Both the position numbers and the translations under genes were made by a program. From contig CAVUVW010000002.1 of the NCBI GenBank assembly GCA_963745035.1, positions 96,001 to 160,000 of the forward strand: a stretch of 64,000 nt of DNA, read 5' to 3'. The notes beneath the pieces were generated by a model, which worked only from the letters and a program-made list of their open reading frames with translations, was not told the DNA's origin and did not search any database. This DNA is from an uncultured delta proteobacterium (GTDB taxonomy: Bacteria; Desulfobacterota; Binatia; UBA9968). Of this stretch, positions 8,580 to 20,265 are shown piece by piece. Within the stretch, counting starts at the first letter, position 1; each line of letters begins with the position of its first letter.

Positions 8580-10994
8580 ATGAACACCGAAGAAGACGAA
8601 AAGGAAACCGCCAAAGCCAAGCCACGCCTCAATATCCCTGATGGAGCATTGGTCATCCTACCGATACGCAACCGGGTGCTCTTCCCGTCTATGATGATGC
8701 CGCTTACGGTCCGTGGCCGGGCCAGGCGCCACGCCGTCGAGGAGGCCGTTCGCCAACAAGTGCCCATTGGCATTGTTGTCCAACGAGATCCGAATGTAGA
8801 AAAGCCAAAACCCGAAGACCTTTACGAAGTAGGCACCACCGCCGATGTTGCAAGGATGTTTACTCTGCCGGACGGCCGGCGCCAGGTAATCGTGCAAGGC
8901 CGGCGCCGCTTTGAGATCGCCGAATTCCTGGAAACCGATCCCCTTCTCATTGCGCGCGTTACGATGGTGGAAGAAAAGATACCGCAGACCAAGGAATTCG
9001 AGGCAAGAATCTTACATCTGCGCCAAGAAGCGGCCAGAGCCTTATCGTTATTGCCGGAACCCACGAGCGAAATGAGAGGGATGATCGAAAGGATCGAAGA
9101 CCCTTTATCGGTCATCGATATGATCGCGTCCATCCTGGACCTGCCGACCGCCGAGAAGCAAGAAATTTTCGCGATCCTCGACCCGGAGTCGCGTGCCCAA
9201 AGGATTTCAGAAAAATTGGCGCGGCAGATCGAGCTGCTGGAGCTAAGCCAGAAAATTGGCGCCGAAACCAAGGAATCGATGGACAAATCCCAGCGCCAAT
9301 ATTTCCTGCGCGAACAATTAAAGGCAATCCAAAAAGAGTTGGGTGAAACGGATGGGAAAGGCCTCGAAGTTGAGGAACTCAGAAAAAAACTTTACGAAGC
9401 CAAAATGCCTCCCGAGGTGGAGAAGGACGTGCTTAAAGAGCTGGCTCGTTTAGAGCGCATTCCCGAGGCGGCGCCGGAGTATTCGCTGCTGCGGACTTAT
9501 TTCGATTGGTTGGTGGAGTTGCCCTGGAACATTTTTACCGAGGAACAGATCGACCTGCCGAAGGCGCGCGAGATTTTGGATGCCGACCACCACGGCCTGG
9601 AGAAAGTGAAAAAGCGGATCGTTGAATTTCTCGCCGTTCGTAAACTCATGCCGCATGGCAAAAGCCCGATTCTTTGTTTGGTCGGACCGCCGGGCGTCGG
9701 GAAAACTTCGCTTGGACAAAGCATAGCTCGGGCGATGAATCGTAAGTTCGTGCGCCAAAGTCTAGGCGGCGTTCACGATGAAGCCGATATTCGCGGGCAC
9801 CGGCGCACTTATGTCGGCGCGCTTCCGGGTAATATCATTCAAGGAATCCGCAAGGCCGGCAGTCGCAATCCCGTGTTCATGCTCGATGAGGTCGACAAGC
9901 TCAGCGCTAGTTATCATGGCGACCCGTCCGCGGCGTTGTTGGAAGTCCTCGATCCCGCGCAAAATGCGACTTTTCAAGACCATTACATCGCGCTGCCCTT
10001 CGATCTAAGCCAGGTGCTGTTCATCGCCACGGCGAACGTGCTCGATACCATTCCGGGCCCGCTGCGCGACCGCATGGAAATCTTGGAATTGCCGGGGTAC
10101 ATCGAGGAAGACAAGTTAGCCATCGCCAAGGGCTACCTCGTTCCCCGGCAGACCGCCGAAAACGGGCTGAAGCCGGAAAACATCAGCTTCACCGACGAGG
10201 CGATTCGGGAAATTATCCGATCCTACACGCGAGAAGCCGGGGTTCGCCAACTCGAGCGTGAGCTCGGCGCGGTTTGCCGGAGCGTGGCGACGCGCATCGC
10301 CGATGGCTCAAACGAATCGTTCACAATCAAGCCAGAATCTATCCCGGCCTACTTGGGTCCACAAAAATTCTTCAACGAGATCGCGCTGCGCACTAGTTTG
10401 CCAGGCGTGGCGACGGGATTGGCCTGGACTCAGTTTGGCGGCGACATACTGTTCGTCGAAGCGACGAAAATGGCCGGAGACGGCCGGTTGATTTTAACCG
10501 GCCAGCTCGGCGATGTGATGAAAGAAAGCGCTCAGGCCGCTTTGAGTCTCGTCAAGTCCCGCGCAGAAACGCTGGGAATCGATTCCAATATTTTCAAGAC
10601 CAACGACCTGCACATTCATATTCCCGCGGGCGCGATCCCGAAAGACGGTCCGAGCGCCGGAGTCACGCTTTTTGTCGCGCTCGTTTCACTGCTGACCGGG
10701 CGGCGCATCAGCAAAGATGTCGCCATGACCGGTGAGATCAGTTTACGCGGTTTGGTGCTCCCGGTGGGAGGAATCAAGGAAAAAATGCTCGCGGCAAAGA
10801 GAGCCGGGATTTCTACCGTCTTGCTACCCGAGTTGAACCAAAGAGACCTGGAAGAAATTTCCCCGGCGGGCCGCGAGGGGATTCGCTTTGAATTTTTAAA
10901 AACGGCAGACGAAGCGTTGCGGTTTGCCCTGGAGGCCGACGCGCCGAGCGGTTACTCTCCCGGTGAACGACTGGCGGCGCGATCGCTTTACTGA
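8580..10994 (+). CDS. lon: ATP-dependent Lon protease
   Basis: LON N-domain, Walker [10 protein letters not shown], Walker B MLDEVDK, catalytic PKDGPSAG and GGIKEK. Confidence 0.98.
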   Translation: MNTEEDEKETAKAKPRLNIPDGALVILPIRNRVLFPSMMMPLTVRGRARRHAVEEAVRQQVPIGIVVQRDPNVEKPKPEDLYEVGTTADVARMFTLPDGRRQVIVQGRRRFEIAEFLETDPLLIARVTMVEEKIPQTKEFEARILHLRQEAARALSLLPEPTSEMRGMIERIEDPLSVIDMIASILDLPTAEKQEIFAILDPESRAQRISEKLARQIELLELSQKIGAETKESMDKSQRQYFLREQLKAIQKELGETDGKGLEVEELRKKLYEAKMPPEVEKDVLKELARLERIPEAAPEYSLLRTYFDWLVELPWNIFTEEQIDLPKAREILDADHHGLEKVKKRIVEFLAVRKLMPHGKSPILCLVGPPGVGKTSLGQSIARAMNRKFVRQSLGGVHDEADIRGHRRTYVGALPGNIIQGIRKAGSRNPVFMLDEVDKLSASYHGDPSAALLEVLDPAQNATFQDHYIALPFDLSQVLFIATANVLDTIPGPLRDRMEILELPGYIEEDKLAIAKGYLVPRQTAENGLKPENISFTDEAIREIIRSYTREAGVRQLERELGAVCRSVATRIADGSNESFTIKPESIPAYLGPQKFFNEIALRTSLPGVATGLAWTQFGGDILFVEATKMAGDGRLILTGQLGDVMKESAQAALSLVKSRAETLGIDSNIFKTNDLHIHIPAGAIPKDGPSAGVTLFVALVSLLTGRRISKDVAMTGEISLRGLVLPVGGIKEKMLAAKRAGISTVLLPELNQRDLEEISPAGREGIRFEFLKTADEALRFALEADAPSGYSPGERLAARSLY

Positions 10995-11112
10995 AAAATT
11001 AGTTGGACCGCATAACCGATGATGAAGTTATCCTCTGGCAGAAGAGCGGCCTTCCATGTCGTCATGCTCGCCCCTTCGACGCCCTTAGGATAACTCCTCC
11101 GCCATCCAGAAC

Positions 11113-11136
11113 GGGCGTAATGCCATACGCCCCTAC
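11113..11136 (-). repeat. GTAG-type REP-like palindrome
   Basis: GTAGGGGCGTATGGCATTACGCCC between convergent genes. Confidence 0.55.
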
Positions 11137-11242
11137 AAAGATTACTGAATTTTGGGTGCCCCCGGGCTTCGTCGCTGTTGCCCGGAATAACTACACCCGC
11201 CTATCAAAGCACAGATCCGCCCAGTCTGTTATTCCGCTTAAA

Positions 11243-11614
11243 TCAGCCCAACATCACGTCCGCTTGAATCAGCTCGCGGATCTTGGATCTTAAGTCTGCA
11301 AGCGAGAGCGGCTTGCTTATGCATACTACTCCCCGAGCCGGGGTCGCGCTCAGATTCGCGTAATAGTTGACCGTCATAATAATGAGGGGGACGGCTGGTG
11401 AAGTCGAGCGTACATGTGACAACAGATCGATTCCCTCGAGCCGAGGCGAGTGAACATCCGAAAGCACGAGATCAAATCGAAACTTATCTAGCAACCCGAG
11501 AGCTTCATCGCGGTCGCTTGCCTCGTGGACCTCATAGCCCTCTGCGCACAAAAACAGCTCGACACTTTGCCGAATGAGAGGATCATCGTCAATAACTAGA
11601 ATTTTCTTTGGCAT
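11243..11614 (-). CDS. Stand-alone response regulator receiver protein
   Basis: KKILVIDDD, FDLVLSD, IIMT and KP motifs; ATG at 11614. Confidence 0.9.
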   Translation of the reverse strand: MPKKILVIDDDPLIRQSVELFLCAEGYEVHEASDRDEALGLLDKFRFDLVLSDVHSPRLEGIDLLSHVRSTSPAVPLIIMTVNYYANLSATPARGVVCISKPLSLADLRSKIRELIQADVMLG

Positions 11615-11680
11615 ACGTCTTCCGAGAACGCACGTCGATCTAGGCTGACCCGGCCCTTGCATCCGGAGGTAGTCCACACG

Positions 11681-12424
11681 CTACCCAAGAAAACGCCTTA
11701 ACAATTCTACGGGCACCGGCACGATCATGGTGGAATTATTTTCCGCGGATACCTCAACGAGACTTTGCAGGAATCTCAAGTGTAAGGCCGCCGGATGTTT
11801 CGCAATGATCTCAGCCGCATCCGCCAACTTCTGCGAGGCTTGAAATTCTCCCTCCGCGTGAATGATCTTGGCGCGCCGCTCTCGCTCTGCTTCCGCCTGT
11901 TTGGCCATGGCCCGTTGCATGTCGGGCGGAAGATCGATGTCTTTCACTTCCACTAAAACCACTTTCATTCCCCACGGCTCTGTTTGGGAGTCGAGGATCT
12001 CCTGAATGCGCACGTTGATCTTATCCCTCTCGGCCAAGAGCTCGTCGAGCAGGGCCTGTCCACAGGTACTCCTGAGCGTGACCTGGGCGAGTTGAGAAGT
12101 GGCAAAGAGAAAATTTTGCACTTCCGTGATTGCTCGATTGGGATCGATTACCCTAAAGTAGAGAACCGCACTGACCTTGATGGAGACGTTGTCGCGTGTA
12201 ATCACATCTTGCGGAGGAACGTCCATGGTCACGGTGCGAAGATCCACTCGCATCATTTTCTCGACCCATGGTATCACGTAGATTATCCCGGGGCCGCGCG
12301 CGTGAACCAAACGCCCAAGCCTAAAGATCACTGCTCGCTGATACTCCTTTAAGATCTTGATCCCGCTGACAGTTAGCAAAATGGTGACGCCAAGAACTGT
12401 AGCGATAGCCGCAAAATCAAACAT
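11681..12424 (-). CDS. SPFH/band 7 (stomatin-like) protein
   Basis: [20 protein letters not shown] and [14 protein letters not shown] motifs. Confidence 0.95.
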   Translation of the reverse strand: MFDFAAIATVLGVTILLTVSGIKILKEYQRAVIFRLGRLVHARGPGIIYVIPWVEKMMRVDLRTVTMDVPPQDVITRDNVSIKVSAVLYFRVIDPNRAITEVQNFLFATSQLAQVTLRSTCGQALLDELLAERDKINVRIQEILDSQTEPWGMKVVLVEVKDIDLPPDMQRAMAKQAEAERERRAKIIHAEGEFQASQKLADAAEIIAKHPAALHLRFLQSLVEVSAENNSTMIVPVPVELLRRFLG

Positions 12425-12483
12425 GACTCTCCTTCGTCATTTCCCGGCTCTGCCCGTCGAAAACACAACCGGCGGTGTTCGCC

Positions 12484-14191
12484 CTATATCCCTTGCATGA
12501 ACGCCCGTTCGATCTCACGCAGAATGCCGTCCGGTTCACGGACCGCAAGTTCGACGATTTCATCGGCGCGCGCTTGCGAGTCGCTGTTGGCGTAGATGCG
12601 CAGCTGCGGCGCGTTGCCCGAAGGCCGGATATGCGCGACGTCGCCGTTGTGGAAATAAATGCGCACGCCGTCGAGAACATTGATGCGCGCGATTTCGTCG
12701 AACCCAAGCGCTGGAGTGAAGAAACGCGCTAACGTCGCTTTACATTGCCGCCAGTCTGCCGCGGGCTCTGGCGCGAGCGGCGCCGGCAGGGCATCCGCGC
12801 GGCTCCGATCTAGGACAGTTCCCGCATCGAACTCCACTTCGATCACATCGCCGGGCGGAATCAGATTTGCCAGGATCGTTCGACTCGCGGCGACGGGAAA
12901 ATTATCGATCAAACCAGCCCGTCCAAAACGCGCCGGGAGGCGGTCCCATAGAGCGGACAAGCTCATGCCGCGCTCCACTGCCGCCGACAAATTGGCCAGG
13001 ATGGGGAGCGTGGCATCGCGTGTCGGCAGCGCTGCCAACGTCGCCTTACCCAGCGCGATATCGCTGCCGGTCAAAAAGCCTCCGTTAGCTTCCCAGCCGA
13101 CGACACGGTGGTAAGTTCCGGCGCTGTGCAAATGGTCGAGGGCGGAGACGACGTAGGGCGAGCCGATCTTGGTCTTCTCCAGCAAAACTTTGCGCTCGCG
13201 CAGGCGGCGCTCGATCGCATCGTTGGCGCTGATGGGAACCGCCGCCGCATCCGCGCCCAGATACTCGGCCACGACGAGACCCAAAAGGTCGCCGGGCAAG
13301 AAGCGCACGCGCCGGCCGCCAGGCTTGATTTCGGTGGCAGGCTAGAACGGCCGTCACCAATGGCCGATCGGAATCACCGTCCGTGGACACGATCGCGTGG
13401 AGCGGCCGGCCGCTCGCTTCGGCGGCGACGGCGAGCTCCTCCAAACCATCGAGCTGTTCGGCGGTGATATTTTCGGTATCGATTGGAACGAACGTTTCGC
13501 TGCGCCCCGCGGCGAGCACCACGGCGCCAAGCTCCTGGAGTATCCGCGGCAAGATATCGCGCCCCACCGCCGAATGCTGATAGACGAGCACCCGGAGCCC
13601 GGAGAGACAGCCGCTATCAAAGCTGTCGAGATAACGACGGACGTAAGCTTGCTCCGCGGCGCGTTCGACAGGTGGCAGCTCGAAAGGAGATTTCAACATG
13701 CCGGAGGTATCGAACGCTGAAGTCGTCGCGTTATGGCTGTATTCTTCCGCGCGCACGCGCTCGACTTCGAGGGTAATGCCCGCTTCGTCCGACTTTAAAA
13801 TCTCGCCGGCGCTCTTATTGATTTTAATGCCGTTACGATCGAAGGGAATGTGGCTGCCGGTCACCATCACGCCGGCGCGTCCCTTAGAAAGGGAATGGGA
13901 TATCAAAGCGGGCGTGGGGATTTTGCCGGCATTCTCCACCTGAAAGCCCGAGTCGACAATCGCCTGAGCGCAGGCACGCATGATGCGATCGGTGCTCGGT
14001 CGCAAGTCGCCGGCCATAGCCACCGTGCTGTTCGGACGAACATCGCCGATGCTCAACAAATAGCGAAGCGTTGCTTTGACGTTGATATAGGCTTCGAGAT
14101 CGGTGATGTCTTTGACTAAACCACGCAGGCCGCTGGTGCCGAATGCAAGGGGATGCGGGGTGTAGTTAAGAAAAGAATCCACGGATATCAT
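12484..14191 (-). CDS. Phosphomannomutase/phosphoglucomutase, split by a frameshift near 13320-13345
   Basis: FGTSGLRG, TGSH and DGDSDR in ORF 13085..14191; GWEANGG and RPSGNAP in ORF 12484..13308. Confidence 0.9.
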
Positions 14192-14603
14192 GTTTTAGCA
14201 CTGAGAGGCCGCGTTCTTACGTCAGCGCCGGCGCGACTAAGTATCTTGGTGCTCATGAATATTGCCGCTAGCCGACTGAACGATTTTCGGCATTTTAGCC
14301 GGTCTTGCTAAATCGCACGACATTGTTGGGATTAGATCCCGGATGGATGTTTATCGATCCATTCCTTACCAAGGTTAACACCGCAGAGATCGGACTCTTG
14401 TTCGGATCGAAAAAACTGCGCGGTCATAACGATAAAAAACGGTTTAGGCTCGCCCCTCAGGCGGCGGATTTCTACAAGGTGTGAAGGCGGCCCACTTGCC
14501 GCTGGACCGTTCGGTAGACAACGGAAATATAGAACGTCTTGTAATTTAAGTCAGACACTCAACCCCAATGACATCGTTCAATAACGACACCTTCAATCGA
14601 AGC

Positions 14604-14840
14604 TTATTTGTTGCACTGAAAAGCCAGAATTGATGTAAGAGGCGCGGTGAGTGTGACCGTCGCGCCGACTGAAGCATGCGCGTGTTCATCCCAAACGGCG
14701 CATGATTTTCCGAAGTCGATGCCAGCAGACACGCCGGCGTGAAGCCGAATGTTGTCGATCGTAAATGTCCCTGTTATCGGGTGATGCCAGCCATCGTGCA
14801 AAAGCACGGCGCTCACGCTGTTTTCATTAATATCGAGCAT
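14604..14840 (-). CDS. Hypothetical protein
   Basis: AGGAG 8 nt before ATG 14840. Confidence 0.5.
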   Translation of the reverse strand: MLDINENSVSAVLLHDGWHHPITGTFTIDNIRLHAGVSAGIDFGKSCAVWDEHAHASVGATVTLTAPLTSILAFQCNK

Positions 14841-15172
14841 CGATGCAACTCCTGCTTCAAACGCCAAGGGTCCGTGATCAATCAACTGTTGCTAAATCAT
14901 AATCGTGGCTCACTGACGCGAGAAGTGGATAAAACCAGCTGATTGCCTGCTCTTCAGCAACGACGATCTTACTCAGTGCTGCAAATTTAATGGAGAAACG
15001 CCGGTAAGCGACTTATCCCGAAAGCGATGCGTTTCTCGGAATCTTAACCAAACCGCAGACCGCTGATGCGGCATTCAATTGTACCCAACAGTGCCTAGCA
15101 CTATGTTGTGAGAGCGGCATCGCCAAACGCTCCGTCGATGAGTGCTTGCTGTACTGTCATGCGCCGATACAC

Positions 15173-15376
15173 TCAACTCCGGTTTTGTCGATCGAGAACG
15201 CGCTCAGGCGACCGACCGCGTTGGCGTAGCCGCTCGCGAGCTACCCGGTGTGATTGTTCCTCTTCAGTAACAAGGTTTTCTTCCCGATGCTCGCCGAATA
15301 CGTTGGCCCATTGAAGATCGCTTCTGCCTCGGTATGGAGCTCGGTGACCTTCCGCTCGACGGTTGTATGAAGCCAT
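15173..15376 (-). CDS. Small Arg/Glu-rich hypothetical protein (67 aa)
   Basis: GAGGAGGT Shine-Dalgarno before ATG 15376; directly downstream of operator site 4. Confidence 0.6.
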   Translation of the reverse strand: MASYNRRAEGHRAPYRGRSDLQWANVFGEHREENLVTEEEQSHRVARERLRQRGRSPERVLDRQNRS

Positions 15377-15428
15377 AGGGACCTCCTCAACTGAGTGTCC
15401 AGCGTACACCGACTGCGATCGGGGTTTC

Positions 15429-15444
15429 TGTCCAATATTAGACC
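15429..15444. promoter_or_regulatory. Crp-like palindromic operator, site 4
   Basis: TGTCCAATATTAGACC; minus-strand -10 TACGCT at 15401-15406, gap 22 nt. Confidence 0.75.
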
Positions 15445-15536
15445 GGTCGTAAAGGGAGATTTCGGCTGAATCCGCTAGCACCTCAAGAGACACTCTGGCG
15501 GACTTAAGGGTGGTAAATGCGCAGACAACGGGAGAA

Positions 15537-16928
15537 TCAAGACGACTCCGAAGATCCTGATTCGGAATCTTCTTCTCGAAAACCATACTTTATCAATTTG
15601 TAACGCAGCCCCCGTTCACTCATTCCGAGCAGCTCGGCGGCGCGGGTTTGGACGCCATCGGACCGGGCCAGGGCGTCCTTGATCATACGCCGCTCCAGCG
15701 CTTCGACCGCGACCGTGATATTAGCTTCCTGATCACGGTCCGTTATTTCCGGTTCCTGAACGGTCAAAGGCAGGTCGCCGCTGCCGATAACTTCATCCCT
15801 AGTGAGAACCACTGCGCGCTCGATAATATTTTCCAGTTCCCGGACATTCCCCGGATAGTCGTAGCGCAAAAGAATATCGCGGCCCTCAGACGTAAGCCCG
15901 CGGATCGTCTTGCCGTTTTTCTCCGCGAAGCGCCGCAGGAAGTGGTCTATCAACAGTGCAACATCGGAGCGTCTTTCCCTCAGAGGTGGAATTGAGATCG
16001 TGACGACATTGAGCCGGTAGTAGAGATCTTCCCGGAGCTGCCCCGATTTGATGAGATCTTCGAGCGGTCTGTGGCTGGCCGCCAGGATCCTGACGTTGAC
16101 CTTCACCGGACGACTGGAGCCCACCTTCTCGTATGCGCGCTCCTGCAGGACGCGCAGGAGCTTCGCCTGCAAATGCAAAGGAAGATCGCCGATCTCGTCA
16201 AGAAAGATGGTCCCGCCGTTGGCTAATTCGAAGCGCCCTTGGCGCGAACTTATTGCGCCCGTAAAAGCGCCTTTTTCATGGCCGAATAATTCCGATTCGA
16301 GCAGCGCTTCGGGAAGCGCCGCGCAGTTGACCTTGACCAGAGGAGCACGCGCTCTTGGGCTAGCAAAGTGAATGGCGTTGGCAATCAGTTCTTTTCCGGT
16401 GCCGCTCTCGCCCCGGATCAAGACCGTCGCTTCACTCGGCGCCACCCGCCGCACCATGGAGAGGACTTCGAGCATCGGTCCGCTCGCGCCGATGATGCCT
16501 TCAATGCGATGGCGTTCCTGTAAGGCTTCGCGCAGCTCGCGGTTCTCGTTGATAATTCGATAGCGGTCGCTCACCTGTCGAATGCGATGAAGCAGCTCAT
16601 CCAAATTCAGCGGCTTGGTCAGGTAGTCGATAGCGCCTTGCTTGAGGGCGGCGACGGCCGCTTCGATGGTGCCGAAAGCGGTAATTAAGATGACCGGGGT
16701 TTCAGGGTTGATGGCGTGCACGGCTTGCAGCAGCTCCAAGCCCGACATGTGAGCCATCTTTTGATCGGTAAGAACCAGATCGAAGGCGTCCTGACGGAAG
16801 AGTTCCAAGGCTCTCTCGGCACTATCGGCCGCAACTACTTCAAAGCCTTGTTTTTTGAGAAACCCGCCGATCATTTCGCGCTGCACCGGTTCGTCGTCGA
16901 CTACCAGAATATGAAAACGATTGGGCAT
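15537..16928 (-). CDS. Sigma54-dependent response regulator (NtrC/ZraR/AtoC family)
   Basis: REC domain, GESGTGKE, GAFTGA, C-terminal Fis-type HTH. Confidence 0.96.
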   Translation of the reverse strand: MPNRFHILVVDDEPVQREMIGGFLKKQGFEVVAADSAERALELFRQDAFDLVLTDQKMAHMSGLELLQAVHAINPETPVILITAFGTIEAAVAALKQGAIDYLTKPLNLDELLHRIRQVSDRYRIINENRELREALQERHRIEGIIGASGPMLEVLSMVRRVAPSEATVLIRGESGTGKELIANAIHFASPRARAPLVKVNCAALPEALLESELFGHEKGAFTGAISSRQGRFELANGGTIFLDEIGDLPLHLQAKLLRVLQERAYEKVGSSRPVKVNVRILAASHRPLEDLIKSGQLREDLYYRLNVVTISIPPLRERRSDVALLIDHFLRRFAEKNGKTIRGLTSEGRDILLRYDYPGNVRELENIIERAVVLTRDEVIGSGDLPLTVQEPEITDRDQEANITVAVEALERRMIKDALARSDGVQTRAAELLGMSERGLRYKLIKYGFREEDSESGSSESS

Positions 16929-18676
16929 TTATACCTTCGCGCCGTAGAGCGGCAAACAAATCTCGAAGCGGCATCCACCGGCCGTTTCATTGGTAGCGGT
17001 AATTGTTCCGCCGTGAGCTTCGATAATCCTGCGAGAGATCGCCAGCCCGAGCCCGGTGCCCTTCGCTTTGGTCGTGAAGTAAGGCTCAAAAATTCGCCGC
17101 TGGTTTTCTGCGGCAATCCCGGTCCCGGTATCCGTCACGGCGATGAGAAAATTGCTGTTCGAAGTTTTTGCCTCCAAGGTCAAGGTTCCGCCTTCGGGCA
17201 TCGCTTGCAGACCATTAAGCATGAGATTCAGCAAGACTTGGGTAAGAAGATCGGGGTCGGCCTTGAGCGCCGGCAAGTTAGGCGCGGCGATGACCCGGAT
17301 TTGCACCCGTGATCGCTTAGCGTCGCTATCTTCCAACGAGGCTAACTCTTTCAGGACTTCCGGCAACGGCAACGCTTCGGCGTTGATTTCGATAGGGCGC
17401 GCCAGCGAGAGGAATTGCTCCACGATCGTGTTGAGGCGGTGCACTTCGCCGAGCATCAGTTCCGTAAGACGAGAGTAGTCCTCCTGATCATCGGCCGGCT
17501 GAAATTCCACCTTGAGACGTTGCAGTCCCATCGAAATGGCATTGAGCGGATTTCTGACCTCATGGGCGACGGCCGCTGCCATGTTTCCGAGCGCTGAAAG
17601 GCGCTCTCTGTGTAGACACTTCAGCCTCCAGGGCTTTAACCTCTAGCATATGATTCTGCTGGTTATGAAAAATCGCCGCCATGCCCAAAATACCCGCGGC
17701 CAGGATCGCCAACGCCGAGAACAAAGATGGCGCGCAGGCTATTGCGCCAGGCGATCTCCATCGATCCCAGCGACAGGCCGATCTTGAGGAAACCCAAATT
17801 GGATTCCTCCAGCGCAACAGGTTTCACCACCTCGAGGTATCGTTTTCCCGTACCGCTCTCGACAATTTGGCTGAAAAGCTGGCGGTCGACTTTGGCCCTC
17901 AAAACCAGGGGCTCGTTTTCCTGCTGTCCGATACGGCCCCGGTCGGTATGCGCTACGACATTCAGGTCGCTATCGAGAAACGAGACGAACTCACTGTCCG
18001 ATTGGCGGCCGAGATCCTCGATCTGACTTTGCACGCCGATCGCTTTCTCGAAGTTGAAAATATAGTCGGCGTTGGCGTGGATCGCGATGATGCCGGGAAA
18101 ACTGCGCGCGCCCACGGCGACGCCGAAGGCGCTGCCTTTCCAGAATTCTTTATCCTTGACGCCCGGCGGCGGTTCGCCCGTCTTTTCCTCAGCTTTTTCC
18201 GTGGGCAGCCGCCAGCGCTTTCCCCACGCGTAGCTTATCGTCGGCCCATGCGCCTGAACGGTTTCTTCTCGCGTTTTTTTTCTTGCTGCTATCATTGCCG
18301 GCAGCGCGGCAAGTTTCCAGGGCCGGCCCTGCTCATCGAGGAGATCGATTTTTTGCAGGCGGTTCATTGCGCTGAGCTCTTTAAGCAGCGCCTGATCGAC
18401 ATGACGAGAGAGCAGCAGTTGGTCGATCAGCCGGGCATTATCCACTAAACGCTGCCGGATCAGATCCTCCAACAGCGCGTTGCCGACGATAGCGTTTTTA
18501 ACACTGGTCTCCATGGCCTTCGCCAATGCCGTCCCCTTGTCCTCGGTCTGGCGCAAGAGTTCTTGCTGGAGCCTCTGGGCTTCAAAAAAAACATAGAGAG
18601 ACGCCAGGATGAGAAGTAGCAAGCCGGATGCAAGGAAGTGGCGCGGTAGGAAAACTCTTTGCATGAACGAACGCAT
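16929..18676 (-). CDS. Membrane sensor histidine kinase, split by two frameshifts (~17712 and ~17615)
   Basis: TM-periplasmic-TM in 17663..18676, linker in 17560..17817, AHEVRNPL and HATPase boxes in 16929..17582. Confidence 0.88.
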
Positions 18677-18808
18677 TATAACGAATCGAATTATATAGGT
18701 ACGATTCCGTGACGCACAACGACCCCCAGGCCGGTTGGTTCCCAGGGGTCGTCGTCGGTTTACTCTCTGGCTTTAGACTCGCTCTGCCAGAGTGATCGAT
18801 CTTGGCCG

Positions 18809-19869
18809 TTATCTGCTCGCTGTGGCGCCGGTACGGAATCCCACATCGACTCGCCGGTCGCGCTGCCAGCACGCCTCTGTGGATTCTTTGCACAGGGGCC
18901 GTTGCTCGCCAAAGGCGTCGGACTGGATCTTGTCACTCGCTATTCCCGCCTTAACCAGCGCATTACGAATGGAGTTGACGCGACGTTCGCTCAGAGCTTG
19001 GTTGTACGGGTCGGTGCCGCGCGGATCCGCATAGCCGTTAATGCCGACCTGGGAGAGTGAATTCTTCTCCATGTGCGCCGCGATGTCGGTGATCTTGCTC
19101 ATCTCGTTAGGTCGAATGTCCGACTTGTCGAAATCGAACAAGATGTCCCTGAAGTTGGCCGCGCGGTTATCCGGATTAGCCAGGGCTTGGGGACCTACCG
19201 AGCCAGCTGGTCCTTGCGCGCCTGCCGGGCCGGCTGGGCCCATCGGACCGGTTGCGCCCGCGGCACCCGTCATGCCGAAGGAGCTGCAGAATTCGCTTAC
19301 GCTGCCATACTGATCGACGCAAAGATTGCGCGTTTCACCCGCTGAATTTTTGAGGTCCATGGAATACTCGACAGAGTAGAGGACTAGCGGCCGTGCGGAT
19401 GACGAGTAGGCTGTCCGTTGGTCTGGCCTGTTCCCAGCGGGAGACGCCGAATCACCCCTCGACTGAGGCTGATTAGGCTGGTCGGTATCTTTCCCCACTG
19501 TGGTGCCGCTGTCCGGCTTTCTGTTCCCAGTTATAGGCGCCGCCGCACCGCTCTTCGATTGAACAGCGAGATACTGAACGGTCTGGTAGCACATAGTGGT
19601 ATAGCCGCCGCCGTAGCCCAGAGGCCTCTGTACTTTGAAGCCTGCCCAGTTTTTGTCCGCGAACTGTTGGGCCAAGTCCCGCGCTTCGTTCTCGGTTATC
19701 TTCTCCTTCGTAACCCTGGGCAGCGGACAGGGTGCGCTCGACAAAATTTCATGCGCCCTTGCGCTCGCTTCACGGTGTGACTGACTCGGCGTTTGAGCGA
19801 AGCCTACGCCGGACAGCGCAATGACACCCACTGCCGTAACTATCGGTTTTACAAATCCTGACTCTTCAT
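18809..19869 (-). CDS. Exported OmpA/Pal-domain protein with collagen-like repeat; 1-nt frameshift in the signal peptide
   Basis: ILFDFDKS, GYADPRG..YNQALSERR and DRRV motifs; (Gly-X-Y)10 at 19187..19276; GGAG before ATG 19869, which is 1 nt out of frame. Confidence 0.85.
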
Positions 19870-20160
19870 AACTTTTTTCTCCCTAAAATTTTTTGCTAGC
19901 CATCTATAGCGCAACAGCTGTGCCGCATCGCGGCGCCAGGCACAGGCGATCTTCCGCAAACATTCCGAGGCATACCTAGTGGATCGGCGCGGAGCGGACG
20001 CCGAAAGCGTCGAACACTTCGTCCAAACGGTCGCTCTGCCGATGCACAATCTTCACAGTCTTCGTCCTGTTTTGGTCGTCCTGCCAGTCCAAGCCCGACA
20101 GATCTCCAAGCCGAACTACCAGACTCGCTCAAAAGGATACGTCTAATCGGCAGGCAATAA

Positions 20161-20175
20161 TGTCAATATTGAACG
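20161..20175. promoter_or_regulatory. Crp-like palindromic operator, site 5 (1 nt short)
   Basis: TGTC-AATATTGAACG; minus-strand -10 TATCCT at 20134-20139, gap 21 nt. Confidence 0.6.
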
Positions 20176-20265
20176 CTCGATTTTGGCGTCGCAACTCGAC
20201 AAGCAGCGCCCCGACTCCCTGACTCTTCTCGGTCAGTGGCCGGGCGCTTGTCTTAGCGCGTAATC

